Positions 59,855 to 64,000 of a DNA stretch of 64,000 nt are shown here, in pieces. A program made the position numbers and the translations under genes. Source of the stretch: Macrostomum lignano (lineage: Eukaryota); assembly GCA_002269645.1 (NCBI GenBank), contig NIVC01001907.1:158931-222930 (forward strand), read 5' to 3'. A model generated the notes under the pieces. It was not told the origin of the DNA. It saw nothing but the letters and a program-made list of their open reading frames with translations, and searched no databases. Numbering within the stretch: position 1 is the first letter of the stretch; every line of letters begins with the position of its first letter.

Positions 59855-62366
59855 GGAGGAGATGGCGCAACGTGACACAGTGGTCATTCTCGGAGACCTG
59901 AACGCAGTTCTGCGTAGGTCCGAGCGATCGCTGTTTGTGACAGCTCGCGAGAACGGCAACACCGGAGCGCTAGAGGACTTCCTGGAGAGACAGGACATGG
60001 TGTCGGCCAACACCAGATTCCGCAAGTCACCGGGCAGGCTCGCGACCTTCGTCGGCTGCAAGCAGAGGCGGCGGAACGCGCGCGGCCGGAACGCTACGCG
60101 GAGGCTGGCACAGCTCGACCACGTGCTTATGCGCTTTCGTGAGTGCCGCCGCGTCACCAACTGCCGCACCATTACGCCGCTGGCTCTGCTGTCCGACCAT
60201 CGGCTGCTCATCTGCGACCTTCGGCTTCGGGACCCGCTCTACCGTCCGCCAAAGCGGCCACCGCGGCGCTGCTACCGCGCGCTCAGGGACGCCGAGACGC
60301 GGCGTCGCTTTGCCGGTGTCTTTGTCACTGCGCTGGGCGACAAGCGTGGAGGAGCCGAGTACGCGGAGGTGAGCGCTGCAGTTCGAGCCGCTGCGGAGCA
60401 AGCAGTCCCGCTGATGCGACCGGCCCAGCGCGGGCAGCCGGTCTGGCAGGACGACCCCGCGATCGACGAAGCGAGGGAAGATCTGGAGAGGCTCCGTCTG
60501 AGTGGGCGGCAAACTCGTGAGGCGGAGGAGGCTCTGGCGGCTGTCTACCTGCAGCGGCAGCAGTCCGCTGTCGATGACGCCATCCAAGCCGTCTCTGCCG
60601 CAGGGCCCGATGCCAGAGGGCGCGTGGCCTGGTCCGTCATCAACACTCTGACGGGGCGAAAGCGGCGCATCGCGCTCAACCAAGCAGGCGACATTCCGGA
60701 TGAGCGCAGGAACGAGCTGCGCGAGTTCTTCGCCGCCATTGTCAACGCGCCGCCCCCTCCGCTTCCAGAAAATCTGAGGCTGCCGCCGGAGACGCCGTTG
60801 CCGGCGGAGGAGAGCTTCAACGTTGCCCCAGTCAGCACAGCCGACGTTGTGAAGTTCGCTCGGCAGTCGCCGGGCGGCAAAGCGCTTGGTCCAGACGAGG
60901 TGCCCACCGAGGCGCTGCGGATCCACTGCGTGGCCACTCAGGTCGCCAGAGTGATGAACCGCGTGCTTTCCGGTGAGGTGGCGCCAAACGAATGGACCAC
61001 GGCGCACATCGTCGCCATTCCAAAGAAGCCGGGCACCACCAAGCTCGAGGAGCATCGAGGCATCTGCCTACAGTCCTGCGCCGCGAAGCTGTTCAACCGC
61101 ATGCTGCTATCGCGGTTACAGACTGTGCTGGACCCGTACCTGTGGCCTGAGCAGAACGGATTCCGGCCCCATCGCGGCACAGTGACGCAGATCCTGGCTC
61201 TTCGGCGAGTCATCGAGGAGGCGCGCATCCGCCAGTTGACCCTGATCCTGATCTTCGTCGATTTCAGGAAGGCCTTCGACTCGGTCGTGAGGGACGCGCT
61301 CCCAGAGGTGCTCCGTGCGTACAACGTGCCAGACCTGCTGATTTCTGCTGTCATGGCGCTATATCACGGCACGACGGCTGCTGTCTAAACACCGGACGGC
61401 CTATCGGATTTCTTCGAGACATCCTCCGGGGTGCTCCAGGGAGATACGCTAGCGCCGTTCCTATTTATTCTGGTGCTTGACTGGGTGCTACGGACTGCTC
61501 TGCCTTCCAACGACGACGGCTTCCTGCTGCGGCGACGCGTGGGTCGACGCCAACCGGAGAGACGGCTCAGCGTGCTTGGCTACGCCGATGACCTCGCCCT
61601 CGAGGGCGCCCAACGACAGCTGGATAGACTGGTTGCCGTTGCGGCGAGCGTCGGCCTGGTGGTCAACACGCAGAAGACCGTCGTGCTATGCGTGCCGGAC
61701 GACACCGAGGCTGCAATCTTCTGCCGAGGCGCTGATGGACAGGCGAGTGAGCTTCCAAGATGTCAGCAGTTCGTCTACCTCGGCGGTCTGGTTCCCGACG
61801 TCCGCGAGGATCTGCGGCGTCGCCGAGGACTTGCCTGGGCTGCCTTTCGTTCTATAAGGTCAGTCCTGCAGTCCGAGGCCCTACCGGACCGCCAGAGGGC
61901 GGCGCTGTTCCAGGCGGTGATCGAGACCGTCCTGTTATACAACGCCGAGACCTGGACGCTGATAGACTCGCTCGAGGCTCAAGTCGACGCGGCGCACGCT
62001 GGCCTGCTGCGCGCCGCCTTCAAGATCGGCAACGAGCGAGTCACCAACACGGCGCTCTATCATCGCGCCGGCCTGGCCCGTCCTAGCGATCTGCTGCGCC
62101 GTCGGCGACTCCAGCTAGCAGGCCACGTCATCCGCACCGAGGCCTACTGTCCGGAGCCGGTGCAGGAGGTGCTGCTACTTACGTTGCAGGCACCCTACCG
62201 GCGGGGACAGGCGAGGACTCGGCGCTACGTCGACTGTCTGCTGGCTTACGCCGGCACCCCGGACTCTGCCGGCGGTGCGGCCTTTGTTCGCGCCCAAGCT
62301 TCGAAGCGCGCCATCTGACGCTGCTTTTGCGAACTGGCAGCGTACTCTGTTGTTGTTGTTGTTGTT
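59855..62366 (+). mobile_element. 5'-truncated RTE-like non-LTR retrotransposon (APE C-terminal part + RT), inactivated
   Basis: APE motifs ILGDLNA, QLDHVL, SDHR; RT motifs EQNGFR, FVDFRKAFDSV, GVLQGDTLAP, YADD. In-frame TAA at 61386-88; probable small deletion after YADDLAL; stop at 62318; short 3' UTR and (TTG)n tail 62348-62366; no TSD. Confidence 0.93.
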
Positions 62367-64000
62367 TGGAATCACATGTATTTTAAATGGAACACATCGA
62401 AAATCGCTCCTGCTCAGAGCCAAAGTTACATATCGAGCTGAAACTTGACCAATAGTCGTTTCACGGTTGCAGTTTACTCTGTGTAAAGTTTCGTCAAGAT
62501 CAGTGAAGCAGAAGTACCTGTACTCGAATATCAATACGAATTTTGGAATCACATGTATTTTAAATGGAACACATCGAAAATCGCTCCTGCTCAGAGCCAA
62601 AGTTACATATCGAGCTGAAACTTGACCAATAGTCGTTTCACGGTTGCAGTTTACTCTGTGTAAAGTTTCGTCAAGATCAGTGAAGCAGAAGTACCTGTAC
62701 TCGAATATCAATATGAATTTTGGAATCACATGTATTTTAAATGGAACACATCGAAAATCGCTCCTGCTCAGAGCCAAAGTTACATATCGAGCTGAAACTT
62801 GACCAATAGTCGTTTCACGGTTGCAGTTTACTCTGTGTAAATTTTCGTCAAGATCAGTGAAGCAGAAGTACCTGTACTCGAATATCAATATGAATTTTGG
62901 AATCACATGTATTTTAAATGGAACACATCGAAAATCGCTCCTGCTCAGAGCCAAAGTTACATATCGAGCTGAAACTTGACCAATAGTCGTTTCACGGTTG
63001 CAGTTTACTCTGTGTAAAGTTTCGTCAAGATCAGTGAAGCAGAAGTACCTGTACTCGAATATCAATATAATTTTGGAATCACATGTATTTTAAATGGAAC
63101 ACATCGAAAATCGCTCCTGCTCAGAGCCAAAGTTACATATCGAGCTGAAACTTGACCAATAGTCGTTTCACGGTTGCAGTTTACTCTGTGTAAAGTTTCG
63201 TCAAGATCAGTGAAGCAGAAGTACCTGTACTCGAATATCAATATTGAATTTTGGAATCACATGTATTTTAAATGGAACACATCGAAAATCGCTCCTGCTC
63301 AGAGCCAAAGTTACATATCGAGCTGAAACTTGACCAATAGTCGTTTCGCGGTTGCAGTTTACTCTGTGTAAAGTTTCGTCAAGATCAGTGAAGCAGAAGT
63401 ACCTGTACTCGAATATCAATACGAATTTTGGAATCACATGTATTTTAAATGGAACACATCGAAAATCGCTCCTGCTCAGAGCCAAAGTTACATATCGAGC
63501 TGAAACTTGACCAATAGTCGTTTCACGGTTGCAGTTTACTCTGTGTAAAGTTTCGTCAAGATCAGTGAAGCAGAAGTACCTGTACTCGAATATCAATATT
63601 AATTTTGGAATCACATGTATTTTAAATGGAACACATCGAAAATCGCTCCTGCTCAGAGCCAAAGTTACATATCGAGCTGAAACTTGACCAATAGTCGTTT
63701 CACGGTTGCAGTTTACTCTGTGTAAAGTTTCGTCAAGATCAGTGAAGCAGAAGTACCTGTACTCGAATATCAATACGAATTTTGGAATCACATGTATTTT
63801 AAATGGAACACATCGAAAATCGCTCCTACTCAGAGCCAAAGTTACATATCGAGCTGAAACTTGACCAATAGTCGTTTCACGGTTGCAGTTTACTCTGTGT
63901 AAAGTTTCGTCAAGATCAGTGAAGCAGAAGTACCTGTACTCGAATATCAATATGAATTTTGGAATCACATGTATTTTAAATGGAACACATCGAAAATCGC
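62365..64000 (-). repeat. Same 183-bp satellite, about 9 units, reverse orientation, running off the window
   Basis: Reverse complement of the 58462-59854 units. Confidence 0.98.

Noticed and set aside
58531-59901. 456-aa ORF of 61-aa repeats (and the reverse-array ORFs 62175-63065 and 63207-63968)
   Set aside because: A by-product of a 183-bp satellite lacking a stop in one frame: no ATG start, no recognisable domain, and broken by a 1-nt indel near 63070.

Overview
Eukaryotic (animal) genomic DNA. GC-rich exons, introns packed with gene-specific minisatellites and TE-rich AT blocks suggest a flatworm such as Macrostomum; this is inference only. Host genes reconstructed by hand with in-phase GT-AG introns: a C2H2 zinc-finger gene (6.1-9.35 kb), acylglycerol kinase AGK (11.0-18.2 kb, one apparent 1-nt frameshift), an ankyrin-repeat/SOCS-box gene (19.3-20.9 kb), TADA3 (24.5-27.8 kb), a complete 9-exon NSF (34.8-40.0 kb), a divergent Treslin/TICRR-like gene on the minus strand (42.5-49.85 kb, 5' end not found) and a small HSP20/CS-like ORF (55.5-55.8 kb). 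Mobile DNA: a CMC/EnSpm-type element with an intact spliced transposase (0.2-5.6 kb); a 2.14-kb mini-Polinton/Maverick with AGTAGT ends, 6-bp TSD and adenain-like protease remnant in an AGK intron; a 4.5-kb non-autonomous hAT element with 8-bp TSD; a mariner deletion derivative; MITEs; and a 5'-truncated RTE-like LINE lying exactly where a 183-bp satellite array flips orientation. Most striking observation: the second ORF next to the transposase (235-1020, minus) ends in what looks like a CtIP/Sae2/Ctp1 C-terminal domain (CxxC...RHR...NFF), which suggests a DNA transposon carrying a DSB end-processing module. All homology calls are by eye from recalled family motifs; no searches were run.
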